The notes below the pieces were generated by a model. The model was not told the DNA's origin and did not search any database. It saw only the letters and a list, made by a program, of their open reading frames with translations. Source: an uncultured Chloroflexia bacterium (lineage in GTDB: Bacteria > Chloroflexota > Dehalococcoidia > Dehalococcoidales > RBG-16-60-22). Taken from it: DNA of 64,000 nucleotides. Shown here piece after piece: positions 26,158 to 34,923 of this stretch (position 1 is the stretch's first letter; each line of letters begins with the position of its first letter). Position numbers and translations under genes: made by a program. The stretch lies in contig CAVUAE010000001.1 in NCBI GenBank assembly GCA_963739395.1, positions 1,094,056 through 1,158,055 on the forward strand, read 5' to 3'.

Positions 26158-27474
26158 ATGATGAACTACCAGCAAGCTCTGGACTATTTATTGAAGTTCG
26201 CTGATTATGAGCGCCTGCCGCGCTCGGGAATTGTGTGGGACCTGAAGCGTATCGAACGACTGCTGGCAAGACTGGATAATCCGCAGAACTTCGCGCGGTC
26301 GGTACATGTAGCGGGGACGAAAGGGAAGGGCAGCACTTCTGCGATGATAGCGTCGATTTTGCATAGTGCCGGTTATAAAGTGGGACTTTATACCTCCCCC
26401 CACCTCCTCTCTTACACAGAACGCATACAAGTTAACGGCAAGCCCATCGCCGAGGCAGACTGGGCGAAGCTGGTTGAAATTATACAGCCGCATGTCGAAG
26501 CGGAGAATGCGCTGGGCGACCTCGGGCAATTAACGACTTTTGAAATTTTTACGGCGATGGCGTTCCTCCATTTCCAGCGAGTGAAGGCGGACTGGCAGGT
26601 GCTGGAGGTGGGCTTAGGGGGACGGCTCGACGCCACGAACGTAATCCAGCCGCAGGTGTGCGTGATAACGTCCATCAGCTTCGACCACATGGACGTACTG
26701 GGGGATACGCTGGCGAAAATAGCCGGGGAGAAATGCGGCATCATCAAGCCGGGGGCGGATGTCGTGACCGCGCCGCAGTTCCCGGAAGCTCTAGAGGTCA
26801 TCAAGCGGGTGTGTACGGAAAAGAACGTCCGCCTGATAAAAGTGGGGCAGGACGTTACATGGGAGAGGGTTGGCTTTAATCAAAAGGGGCAGAGTTTCCG
26901 CGTGAAGGGACTGAAGGGAAAATATAAGTTAAGGATTCCACTGCTGGGTTTGCACCAGCTGGAGAACGCCGCCAATGCCGTCGCCGCCGCGGAACTGCTC
27001 CAGGAAAAAGACGCGAAGATATCATCCAAAAACATCGCCGAGGGACTAGCCAAAGTGGACTGGCCGGGTCGCTTACAGGTCTTGAGGAAAAAGCCGTGGG
27101 TCGTCGTCGACGGGGCGCATAACGCTTACTCGATGAAGCGACTGGTCGAGGCGATAGAGGAGTATTTTAAGTACGACAAGGTGAAGCTGATTTTAGGGTT
27201 CGGGGCGGATAAAGACATAGCGGGCATGGCGGCGGAGGCGGCGGAATTAACGAGCGACATCATCCTGGTGGCGTCCAAGCACCCGCGGGCGGTAAAGGCG
27301 GAGGCTTTAGTAGCCGAGTTCCAGAAGCACCGGGTGACGCCGCGCTTGGCGGAGAGCGTAAAGGACGCGATGAAACTGGCGCTGGGGGAGGCGGGACCTA
27401 AAGACCTTATCTGCGCGGCGGGGAGCATCTTTGTGATTGCCGAGGTGATGGAGGGATTTAAAAACCCTCTCTAA
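26158..27474 (+). CDS. folC: Bifunctional folylpolyglutamate synthase/dihydrofolate synthase
   Basis: HVAGTKGKGST P-loop, GLYTSPHL, LEVGLGGRLDATN, DGAHN motifs. Confidence 0.92.
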   Translation: MMNYQQALDYLLKFADYERLPRSGIVWDLKRIERLLARLDNPQNFARSVHVAGTKGKGSTSAMIASILHSAGYKVGLYTSPHLLSYTERIQVNGKPIAEADWAKLVEIIQPHVEAENALGDLGQLTTFEIFTAMAFLHFQRVKADWQVLEVGLGGRLDATNVIQPQVCVITSISFDHMDVLGDTLAKIAGEKCGIIKPGADVVTAPQFPEALEVIKRVCTEKNVRLIKVGQDVTWERVGFNQKGQSFRVKGLKGKYKLRIPLLGLHQLENAANAVAAAELLQEKDAKISSKNIAEGLAKVDWPGRLQVLRKKPWVVVDGAHNAYSMKRLVEAIEEYFKYDKVKLILGFGADKDIAGMAAEAAELTSDIILVASKHPRAVKAEALVAEFQKHRVTPRLAESVKDAMKLALGEAGPKDLICAAGSIFVIAEVMEGFKNPL

Positions 27475-27541
27475 CTCTCCCTTTACAAAAGGGAGAGGAT
27501 GAATTTTTACTCTTTCGTAAAGAGGAACCAAGGGAGTTTTT
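27460..27541. repeat. Direct repeat A flanking the DUF559 gene
   Basis: AAAAACCCTCT..CTCTCCCTTTACAAAAGGGAGAGG...CTCTTTCGTAAAGAGG.A.CAAGGGAGTTTTT contains two hairpins. A near-copy lies at 27897-27985. Confidence 0.8.
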
Positions 27542-27896
27542 ATAAATTGTTAAGCTTTTGTTCAATTACTTCAATTACACCATCAATATTGTTGAATATA
27601 TCTATATTCGTGAACCTTAGAACTGTTAATCCCATACTCTCTATAAACTCATCTCTGATCCAATCGTATTTTTTTGTATTGTTGGAAAAATGTTGTCCAC
27701 CATCTACTTCAACCACTAACATTGCTTTATGGCAATAGAAGTCAGCAATATATTCTCCCAAAGGCTTTTGACGTGAGAACATAAAACCTTTTAGCTGTTT
27801 CATCCTAAGCTTAGACCACAATAATTTTTCAGCATCTGTCATGTTGTTTCTAAGTTCTTGGGATAGCTGCTTCAATTTTGGGTTATATAGATGCAT
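27540..27896 (-). CDS. DUF559 (Vsr-like endonuclease fold) protein
   Basis: LRNNMTDAEKLLWSKLR...GFMFSRQKPLGEYIADFYCHKAMLVVEVDGGQH matches the DUF559 pattern. Confidence 0.85.
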   Translation of the reverse strand: MHLYNPKLKQLSQELRNNMTDAEKLLWSKLRMKQLKGFMFSRQKPLGEYIADFYCHKAMLVVEVDGGQHFSNNTKKYDWIRDEFIESMGLTVLRFTNIDIFNNIDGVIEVIEQKLNNL

Positions 27897-27985
27897 AAAA
27901 ACCCTCTTTTGTCTCCCTTTAAAAAAGGGAGAGGTAATTCCTTTTCCGTCTCCCTCTTTCGTAAAGAGGGATAAAGGGAGTTTTT
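27897..27985. repeat. Direct repeat B flanking the DUF559 gene
   Basis: Same two-hairpin unit as 27460-27541, in the same orientation. Confidence 0.8.
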
Positions 27986-27990
27986 CTAAC

Positions 27991-28014
27991 GCCGAGGTGA
28001 TGGGGGGGTTGAAA
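27991..28014. repeat. Second copy of the folC 3' terminus
   Basis: GCCGAGGTGATGGGGGGGTTGAAA against folC's GCCGAGGTGATGGAGGGATTTAAA at 27439-27462 (21/24 identical). The two copies bracket repeat A, DUF559 and repeat B. Confidence 0.75.
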
Positions 28015-28023
28015 CATGCAAAA

Positions 28024-28926
28024 TTACTTCAGTCCTAACGGAAGATAATTAGCTACAAATCGATATGTATCTGCACCTGAATCCGTAGTTTCAATTTTAT
28101 TATGGAAAAATGAATGAATAAAATTTATTGTTGAATCATTTATATTATAGGTTGTACCAAGAATTCTTTTATTTGATAAATCGGCATTATTAATAAGTAA
28201 TTTTAGAGTTGTTTGATCATACCCAAAACCTATAAACACAAGATTAAAAGCATCTCTTATTGCTGCTTGAGCATCACGGAAATCATTTGTATCATCTAAC
28301 CGATCTGATGTAATTCTGATACCTTCCGCAGCATTTTTAAGTATTCCCGCAACACTAAAACTCTCTCCGTAGTTTATTTCTGGATAACGGCCAAGACTTC
28401 CATGAGCATGTATAATTTTAAGAGTAGCTAGTTTTTGCGTGGCATGTTGGGTTAAGTCATCTGGGCAGTTATACTGTATATTTTTGTGTAAAAAGTGTTC
28501 TAGTGATCTATCGTAATTTAAAGTAACAAACACAATATTATTCGCATTTGGTTTATTATTTTCAAAATCTAACACATTGTATAAATGACTATACCAATCT
28601 TTTTGAGGAAATAAATAATCTGTTCTTTCGAGAGGTAATAATGTATAGGCTATTGCATATGCACCGATTTCTCTAAATTTGCTCTTTTTTTCAAGAAATA
28701 TATCTATTGTTGGATAACTAGTGTATTTTAAAGCTTCAGCGAAATTGTCGGCAAGTAAATTGTCAAATTTATTATGTGCAAGAGTATTAACGTGATTTAT
28801 ATTGATTCCAGAGATCATTATGGTTTTAAGTTCTGTACCTAATGGTAGGCCATAAGGTTTACTCGCTCTAGCCCCAAGAACAAATACTGTCTTTTTATTA
28901 AGATCGATTGGTTGTATTTCTACCAT
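28024..28926 (-). CDS. Stand-alone SIR2-like (SIR2_2 / ThsA-type) protein, putative NAD+-consuming effector
   Basis: Four blocks are collinear with the ThsA SIR2 domain: VFVLGARASKPYGLP (GAGxS loop), VTLNYDRSLEHFL (TTNYD), IIHAHGSL (catalytic His), VFIGFGYDQTTL. Very AT-rich. ATG 28926 lies 3 nt after the ribD stop, with SD GGAGGAG inside the ribD 3' end. Confidence 0.7.
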   Translation of the reverse strand: MVEIQPIDLNKKTVFVLGARASKPYGLPLGTELKTIMISGININHVNTLAHNKFDNLLADNFAEALKYTSYPTIDIFLEKKSKFREIGAYAIAYTLLPLERTDYLFPQKDWYSHLYNVLDFENNKPNANNIVFVTLNYDRSLEHFLHKNIQYNCPDDLTQHATQKLATLKIIHAHGSLGRYPEINYGESFSVAGILKNAAEGIRITSDRLDDTNDFRDAQAAIRDAFNLVFIGFGYDQTTLKLLINNADLSNKRILGTTYNINDSTINFIHSFFHNKIETTDSGADTYRFVANYLPLGLK

Positions 28927-28929
28927 TTT

Positions 28930-30015
28930 TTATCTCCTCCCCTCCACCACAATATCCACCCCGCTCTTATAAACCTTCTCAACCTTTAACTTATAAGCCT
29001 TAGCTAAGTCCGTAATATTAAGCTCGCCGACGGCGTCGGTGCCTTTGCCCAAGATTTTGGGGGCGATAATCACCACCACCTTATCCGCCAAACCCAGTCT
29101 TAAGAAAGAGGTAATCACCTCCCCGCCCCCCTCCACCAAAAGCGACGTGATTTCACGCTCGCCTAGAGATTTCAACAGTTTTTTTAAGTCCATTTTATCC
29201 TGACTATCCGGCGGGATAATTAAGACCTCGATGCCCATCTTTTGCAGGGCGGCGAGCTTGGCTTTAGTCGCATGGGTAGTGGTGGCAACGATAGTTTTGG
29301 CTTTATTTTGGTTTTTCAGCACCTTAGCGTCGAGGGGAATCCTTAGCGTGGAGTCCAGAACTATGCGGAGTGGATTTCTGCCTTTGACTAGTCGCGTGGT
29401 CAGCTCGGGGTTATCTTTTGTCACCGTGCCTGCGCCGACTAAAATAGCGTCGTTAGTAGCGCGTAGTTGATGCGCCAGTTTCTGGGACTCCGGGGAGCTA
29501 ATCCAGCGTGAGGAGCCTTTAGCGGTGGCGATGCGCCCGTCCAGCGTCTGCGCCCACTTAAGCGTGACGTAAGGGATGCCGGTAGTACGGTGCTTGATAT
29601 ACTTTTCGTTCAGAACAAGGCAGTCCGCCTCCAGCACGCCAACCGTCGTCTTAATCCCCTTCTGGTTCAGGAGTTTCACACTTTCGCCGCGCATCTTGGG
29701 GTCGGGGTCAAGCATGCCGATAACTAAACGCCCGATTTTACTTTTGATAATGGCGTCGGTGCAGGGTGGGGTCTTGCCGTAATGGCGGCAGGGCTCTAAA
29801 GTAACGTAAAGCGTCGCTCCGGCAACGGATTCTTTAGCTTTTTTAAGCGCATCCACCTCCGCGTGGTCGAGTCCAAAGGCGTGATGATACCCCTCCCCGA
29901 TAATCCTCCCGTCCTTCACGATGACGGTGCCCACCATAGGATTGGGGGAGGTTTTGCCCAGTCCCTTACGCGCCAGCTTTAAAGCCAGCCGCATGTATTG
30001 TTCGTCATTAACCAT
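28930..30015 (-). CDS. ribD: Riboflavin biosynthesis deaminase/reductase
   Basis: HAEVDAL and TLEPCRHYGKTPPC deaminase Zn motifs plus a C-terminal reductase domain. Start moved to ATG 30015 (MVNDEQYMRLAL...), because the longer ORF merely translates the tandem repeat. Confidence 0.92.
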   Translation of the reverse strand: MVNDEQYMRLALKLARKGLGKTSPNPMVGTVIVKDGRIIGEGYHHAFGLDHAEVDALKKAKESVAGATLYVTLEPCRHYGKTPPCTDAIIKSKIGRLVIGMLDPDPKMRGESVKLLNQKGIKTTVGVLEADCLVLNEKYIKHRTTGIPYVTLKWAQTLDGRIATAKGSSRWISSPESQKLAHQLRATNDAILVGAGTVTKDNPELTTRLVKGRNPLRIVLDSTLRIPLDAKVLKNQNKAKTIVATTTHATKAKLAALQKMGIEVLIIPPDSQDKMDLKKLLKSLGEREITSLLVEGGGEVITSFLRLGLADKVVVIIAPKILGKGTDAVGELNITDLAKAYKLKVEKVYKSGVDIVVEGRR

Positions 30016-30027
30016 AGTGAGGCTATT

Positions 30028-30160
30028 ATAACGGAAAATGGTGAGTCTGTCGAACCATAACGGAAAATGGTGAGTCTGTCGAACCATAACGTAAAGAGGT
30101 GAGCCTGTCGAACCATAACGTAAAATGGTGAGCCTGTCGAACCATAACGTAAAGAGGGGA
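30028..30160. repeat. Tandem repeat, 29-nt period, about 4.5 copies
   Basis: Unit ATAACG[G/T]AAA[A/G][T/A]GGTGAG[T/C]CTGTCGAACC starts at 30028, 30057, 30086, 30115 and 30144, with no spacers. Confidence 0.9.
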
Positions 30161-30238
30161 GAATGCTAAAAAGCAAACGTCAAAGTTGCGTATGGTGAGG
30201 CTGATTTGTTAAAATTAATGTTTGGATTACGTTTACAC

Positions 30239-30314
30239 GGGCCGTTAGCTCAGTTGGTAGAGCAGTGGACTTTTAATCCATTGGTCGCAGGTTCGAATCC
30301 TGCACGGCCTACCA
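30239..30314 (+). tRNA. tRNA-Lys (anticodon TTT), CCA encoded
   Basis: GGGCCGT-TA-GCTC..GAGC-A-GTGGA-CTTTTAA-TCCAT-TGGTC-GCAGG-TTCGAAT-CCTGC-ACGGCCT-A-CCA. Confidence 0.93.
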
Positions 30315-30348
30315 AAGTTTCCAATAAAAAATCGCGAGTTATATTTAT

Positions 30349-31338
30349 TTACTTTTTAGCAATCGGCATCAGCGGCACCTTAGGGTCGGGGAAGCCGGGT
30401 CCCACAAAAGAGAACACCAACGATAAAGCCATATCGTCGATACGCTGGAAATCCATTTGTTGCACGGTCTCCGGCACAGGATACTGCCAGTTCATCTGTC
30501 GAAAAGCTTGCCCTATCATTATTCCTGAACCATGTAACTCGCTCGCATGGGTGACGCAATAAGCCATGGCCGCCCCGCCATCCTCGGCGGGGATACTCGC
30601 TGTATAACCGGGCATGGCGGGCATCTTAAAATCTTTGAATCTCTTTTTAAATTCCTCCATCATTTCCGGAGTTATCGCCGGTACACTGCGGGGCATACCG
30701 ACGCCCGCCGGAATGAAGGTAAAGACGGAAACGCCTGTTTTTTCTGCCGATCCCAGTTCATTTGCCAGCGACTTCATGAGGGAAGAAGCGGCGGCTTTGG
30801 TCGCGCAGTAGGTAGCCGGTCCCACCGGGGAGCAGAAAGCTGTTGCCGAAAAGGTTACCACGCCGTGATGTCTTTCCACCATACCGGGCACGAAAAGCAG
30901 TATGCCGATAAGCGTGCCGCGCGCCGCTATCTGATATTGGCGGTCTAATTTATCGACCGTGGCTTGTAATACCGGAGTGCCGAGGGACATAATCATGGCG
31001 TTGTTCACCAGGATGTCTACCTTACCGAACTTTTCAAAAGCCTTATCCGCCATGTTTTTCATTGAGGCTTCATCGGAGACATCGGTTTTTACAAAAAGCG
31101 CTGTCCCCGGTTTGTTCTCGCTGTTAATGAGGTCTTCGACGTATTTCCCTTCTTCCGGGATGACGTCGGCAATCACAACTTTAACCCCCAGCCATGCCAG
31201 GCTACGCGCTACACCCACCCCAACGTTACCTGCCCCGCCGGTAACTACCGCTACGTCGCCAGCTAGGGCATCTTTTTTTAAACCCGTTTTGTCCATACTA
31301 AGTGGAGCAATGCGCAATCTTTCATTCATATCTACCAT
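30349..31338 (-). CDS. Short-chain dehydrogenase/reductase family oxidoreductase
   Basis: TGGAGNVGVGVA cofactor motif, NNA, YCATKAA (YxxxK). Confidence 0.85.
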   Translation of the reverse strand: MVDMNERLRIAPLSMDKTGLKKDALAGDVAVVTGGAGNVGVGVARSLAWLGVKVVIADVIPEEGKYVEDLINSENKPGTALFVKTDVSDEASMKNMADKAFEKFGKVDILVNNAMIMSLGTPVLQATVDKLDRQYQIAARGTLIGILLFVPGMVERHHGVVTFSATAFCSPVGPATYCATKAAASSLMKSLANELGSAEKTGVSVFTFIPAGVGMPRSVPAITPEMMEEFKKRFKDFKMPAMPGYTASIPAEDGGAAMAYCVTHASELHGSGIMIGQAFRQMNWQYPVPETVQQMDFQRIDDMALSLVFSFVGPGFPDPKVPLMPIAKK

Positions 31339-31472
31339 ATTAATACCTCCGTCAAACGATTCTATAAATAAAATTATCCAGATTTTAGCATCTTTCGAGA
31401 ATAAACGCCAACTCTAATGATTTAGTAATCGTCCTGTACAACCTACCAAAGCTCCTCAAGACTTTTAATCCC

Positions 31473-34046
31473 CTAAAGCGCTACCCGCTGTTTATTCCGG
31501 TTCACAAAGTACTTAACGACCTCGAACCATAAGACGCTTACCAAACCGGATCCGACACCGATAAGAACATCAACCGCGGTTAGGATTTCAAAGTGGAAGA
31601 GGTCGCGAAGCCAGGGCACGTAAATCACCAGCCCGAGGAAGACGATGGCGGAGACAAGAATCCACCTTAAGGCGATGTTGCGGGCGCGGAAGCTCGCTAT
31701 TATCGACGTCGACCAATTGCGATTGGTGAGAATCAAGCCGAGGTTGGCGATGACGAGGGTGGTGAAAGTGAGAGTGCGCGCTTCGGCGTCGCCGAGGTTA
31801 AACACCAGGCTTAACTTATAAATCGCTAAAGTAATAGCGAGGACAATAGCGCCCTGCAATAGGCTCAAGCCAACTGTTCTGCCATTGAAAAGCGGTTCCT
31901 TACGGTCGCGGGGAGGGCGGCGCATTATGTTAGACTCTTCTGGCTCCGCCTCAAAGGCAATAGAACAGGCGGGGTCGATAATCAGCTCCAGAAAGACAAC
32001 GTGTACCGGGTATAAGACAAGGGGCCATTGAAACAAAACCGGTATTAAAGAGAGTCCGGCAATTGGCACATGTATCGCCAGGATATACGCCATAGCTTTA
32101 CGGAGATTATCAAAGATGCGCCTGCCTAAGCGTATGGCTTTTACAATGGAAGACATATCGTCATCCAGCAAGACGAGGTCGCCGGCTTCACGGGCGACAT
32201 CAGTGCCCCTGCCGCCCATAGCAATGCCGATATTGGCGGCTTTTAGAGCGGGGGCATCATTAACGCCGTCGCCGGTCATAGCGACGATTTCGCCGTTAGC
32301 CTTGAAGGCGTTGACCAGACGCAGCTTTTGCTCCGGTATAACGCGGGCGAAGATATTGACCGTCATAATACGCTTTTTCAGTTCTTTATCAGTCATTTTA
32401 TTTAGCTCGGCGCTGGTAATGACCTTATCCGGCTCCTTTAAGCCTATCTGCTGCGCGATATTCTGGGCGGTAATAGAATAGTCGCCGGTAATCATCACTA
32501 CACGGATGCCGGCGTTATAGCACTCTTTTATCGCCTCTGGTACGGAAGGACGAATTGGGTCGGCAAAGCCTATCAGCCCCAGGAAGTCGAAATTAAAGAC
32601 GTGCTGATTACCCGGCAGCGCCGTCTGTTTAAAGCTGGCTTTAGCCACCCCCAGCACTCTTAGTCCCTCGCCAGCCATCTCGCTTATTCTATCGTGAAGC
32701 TCATGCGCCCGTTTAGCATCGAGGTGGCAAAGGTCGATAATGGCTTCGGGGGCGCCCTTGGCGGCGATAACGTAGTCCTGCCGTTCACGTGACTGCCAGA
32801 CCCGCGATAGTGCCATCAGCTCCCGCGATAGAGAGTATTCCTTCATCAGCTCCCAATCGTCATGCAAGTGCTCGGTGAGGGTGGGATAGTTTTCGCCTAA
32901 CTCCCATAAAGCCTTTTCCATGGGGTCGAAGGGGTTGGTCTGGCTGGCAAGGATGCTGAACTCAATCAAACGATGGAACTTTTCCGGCGGGGACTCTTCA
33001 AGACTCCCCTCGATACCGAAAAACTCGCCAGAAGCGAAAATCTTACTCACGGACATGCGGTTGATGGTCAGGGTGCCGGTTTTATCGACACAGAGGACGG
33101 TATTCGAGCCGAGGGTTTCAATAGCCGCTACGCGGCGGGTTAATACCTGGCTTTGCGAAATGCGCCAGGCGCCGATTGCCAGGAAAATCGTAAGCACTAC
33201 GGGGAACTCCTCCGGCAGGATAGCCATCGCCAGGGTGATGCTCGCCAGCAGTCCGTCCAGCCAATTACCGATGGTGAGACCGTAAATGACTGCTAATATA
33301 ATACAAAGCGACACGGCAATCAGGGCGATATTGCGGACGAAACGACCAGTTTCTTTCTGGAGGAGCGTTTCCTCCGTCTCGATGTTTTGCAGGGACTTGC
33401 CGATACGCCCGAACTCGGTATGGATGCCGGTGGCGGCAATACGCGCTATTCCCAGTCCGCTGACAACCAGCGTGCCCGAATAGATAAAGGGCGATTGGTC
33501 ACCGCCGGGGCGTTCCATTTTCCTTGCCTCGTCAAGGCATTCCAGCTTGTGCACGGGGACGGATTCACCGGTGAGAAGTGATTCTTCAACCATCAGGTTA
33601 TTGCATGCCAGCACAATACCATCCGCCGGCACGCGGTCACCCTCCGAGAGAACGACAATATCGCCACACACCACCTCGCGTCCGGCAATTCTCCTGGTGG
33701 TACGGTCGCGGATGACCATGGCGCGCGGACTGGAAAGGTCGCGCAGAGCCTCTAGAGTACGCTCCGTTTTACGCTCCTGATACAGGGTAATGCCGAGAAT
33801 AACACCGACGAAGAAAAGCAGTAGCAGAGCTTCTTGGACATCGCCGAGAATCATGTAGATGACGCCGCCGGCGATGAGGAGCAGCAGCATTGGTTCACGC
33901 ACCACACTGAAAGCGATAGCGAGAAAACTGCGTTTTTTGGCGGAGGGGATTTCATTAAAGCCCTCGCGCTTAAGCCTTTCCGCCGCCTCTTTCTCCGAGA
34001 TGCCGTTAATCAGGTGCAGCTTATTCAAATCATAAATATTATCCAT
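31473..34046 (-). CDS. Cation-transporting P-type ATPase (type II, Ca2+/Mg2+-like)
   Basis: LTGESVP, CVDKTGTLT, MITGD, TGDGVNDAPALK, about 10 TM helices. The start could be ATG 34046 (GGGA 9 nt upstream) or 34058. Confidence 0.9.
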   Translation of the reverse strand: MDNIYDLNKLHLINGISEKEAAERLKREGFNEIPSAKKRSFLAIAFSVVREPMLLLLIAGGVIYMILGDVQEALLLLFFVGVILGITLYQERKTERTLEALRDLSSPRAMVIRDRTTRRIAGREVVCGDIVVLSEGDRVPADGIVLACNNLMVEESLLTGESVPVHKLECLDEARKMERPGGDQSPFIYSGTLVVSGLGIARIAATGIHTEFGRIGKSLQNIETEETLLQKETGRFVRNIALIAVSLCIILAVIYGLTIGNWLDGLLASITLAMAILPEEFPVVLTIFLAIGAWRISQSQVLTRRVAAIETLGSNTVLCVDKTGTLTINRMSVSKIFASGEFFGIEGSLEESPPEKFHRLIEFSILASQTNPFDPMEKALWELGENYPTLTEHLHDDWELMKEYSLSRELMALSRVWQSRERQDYVIAAKGAPEAIIDLCHLDAKRAHELHDRISEMAGEGLRVLGVAKASFKQTALPGNQHVFNFDFLGLIGFADPIRPSVPEAIKECYNAGIRVVMITGDYSITAQNIAQQIGLKEPDKVITSAELNKMTDKELKKRIMTVNIFARVIPEQKLRLVNAFKANGEIVAMTGDGVNDAPALKAANIGIAMGGRGTDVAREAGDLVLLDDDMSSIVKAIRLGRRIFDNLRKAMAYILAIHVPIAGLSLIPVLFQWPLVLYPVHVVFLELIIDPACSIAFEAEPEESNIMRRPPRDRKEPLFNGRTVGLSLLQGAIVLAITLAIYKLSLVFNLGDAEARTLTFTTLVIANLGLILTNRNWSTSIIASFRARNIALRWILVSAIVFLGLVIYVPWLRDLFHFEILTAVDVLIGVGSGLVSVLWFEVVKYFVNRNKQRVAL

Positions 34047-34148
34047 GATAATTCCCATAAAGAAACCCGCAGGACGGTCAGTCCCACGGGTTTGTTCTCC
34101 GTTGCTTGAGCCCGGCTCTCCTCAATGAGGGCCTGTTCTGAACTCTAA

Positions 34149-34178
34149 TATTTTAACTTAGGATGGGAGAAGTTGTCA
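34149..34178 (-). promoter_or_regulatory. Putative promoter of the P-type ATPase gene
   Basis: Reverse strand TTGACA (34173-34178) - 18 nt - TAAAAT (34149-34154), followed by a leader of about 100 nt containing the hairpin AAACCCG...CGGGTTT. Confidence 0.4.
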
Positions 34179-34223
34179 ATCAGGATTAGCACGGGTTTTT
34201 GTTATGACCTCACCCCCTTTAGT

Positions 34224-34249
34224 TCCCCCTCTCCGTATACGGAGAGGGG
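34224..34249. repeat. Perfect 26-nt palindrome CCCCCTCTCCGTATACGGAGAGGGGG
   Basis: Lies just downstream of the flavoprotein gene stop, so it is a probable transcript-end hairpin. It shares the CTCTCC/GGAGAG core with the hairpins flanking DUF559. Confidence 0.6.
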
Positions 34250-34267
34250 GTTAGGAGGAGAGGTTAA

Positions 34268-34876
34268 TTATTTTTTGGGTGGTAATGGAGGAGGCGCCCA
34301 AGAACCCGACGTGGGTTTGGTCGTTAGCCATTTGCCAGTCATCTCTAACATGGGTATCTTAACGTCGATATTCTGACGTCGCACCTGTATCATGTCCACC
34401 ACGTCGAAGCCGCAGGTCTGGAGGACGCGCTCAAGAGTAGCGGACGAGGATACCGTGCCATTGCCAGAACCACCGGCATAGGATATACCGATAGCGGGCG
34501 TGCCACCACCCATAGGGAAGCCGGGACGTGGAGCGGCGCCGGGTTTAAAAAGAGTACGGCGGAAGCGGTCGAGGAAACAGCGCATACTCTCGCTTAAGTC
34601 ACCGAAATAGACCGGATTAGCGAAGACAAGGACGTCGGCGGCTTTCACTTTAGCGATGATTGACGCTAAATCGTCGTCGATAATACAGCGGCTTTCCCTG
34701 CGGCAGAGTCCCCAGCCATCGGGGTCGCACTGGCGGCAACGCTCCAGTTTAAGCTCGGTGAGGAAGATTACCTCCGATTTACCTTTGCCGGCAGCGATGC
34801 CTTTCTGGATGGCTTTGATACAGCTAGCGGTCTGCCCCTCGCGGTTGCGGCTGCCGGATATTATAAGAACGTTCAT
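34268..34876 (-). CDS. NADPH-dependent FMN reductase / iron-sulfur flavoprotein-like
   Basis: MNVLIISGSRNREGQT flavodoxin-like start, Cys cluster CRQC...C, VFANPVYFG. Confidence 0.75.
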   Translation of the reverse strand: MNVLIISGSRNREGQTASCIKAIQKGIAAGKGKSEVIFLTELKLERCRQCDPDGWGLCRRESRCIIDDDLASIIAKVKAADVLVFANPVYFGDLSESMRCFLDRFRRTLFKPGAAPRPGFPMGGGTPAIGISYAGGSGNGTVSSSATLERVLQTCGFDVVDMIQVRRQNIDVKIPMLEMTGKWLTTKPTSGSWAPPPLPPKK

Positions 34877-34923
34877 AGGATACCTCCACGGACATTATAT
34901 AAAAGCATTATATCACGATATTG

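Noticed and set aside
27499-28038. Small plus-strand ORFs (79 and 65 aa) around the DUF559 gene
   Set aside because: They are translations of the flanking hairpin repeats and the antisense strand of DUF559. They have no RBS and a repeat-derived peptide composition.
30028-30160. Possible CRISPR array (29-nt repeats)
   Set aside because: The repeats are directly adjacent with no spacers, no cas genes are in the window, and the repeat variants alternate like a minisatellite.
30016-30238. Expected FMN (RFN) riboswitch upstream of ribD
   Set aside because: None of the conserved RFN blocks, as I remember them, are present; the region is filled by the 29-nt tandem repeat.
30206-30562. 118-aa plus-strand ORF
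   Set aside because: It reads straight through the tRNA-Lys gene (GPLAQLVEQWTFNPLVAGSNPARPT is the tRNA translated) and then runs antisense to the SDR gene.
34047-34148. Metal-sensing riboswitch (M-box or yybP-ykoY) in the P-type ATPase leader
   Set aside because: The leader has a terminator-like hairpin (AAACCCG...CGGGTTT) and a GAGGAGAGCC stretch. I could not match it to the conserved cores of either riboswitch class, so it is recorded only as a structured leader.
34173-34376. 67-aa plus-strand ORF
   Set aside because: It covers the 26-nt palindrome and the antisense 3' end of the flavoprotein gene. SPSPYTERGLGGEV is the pseudo-peptide of that palindrome.
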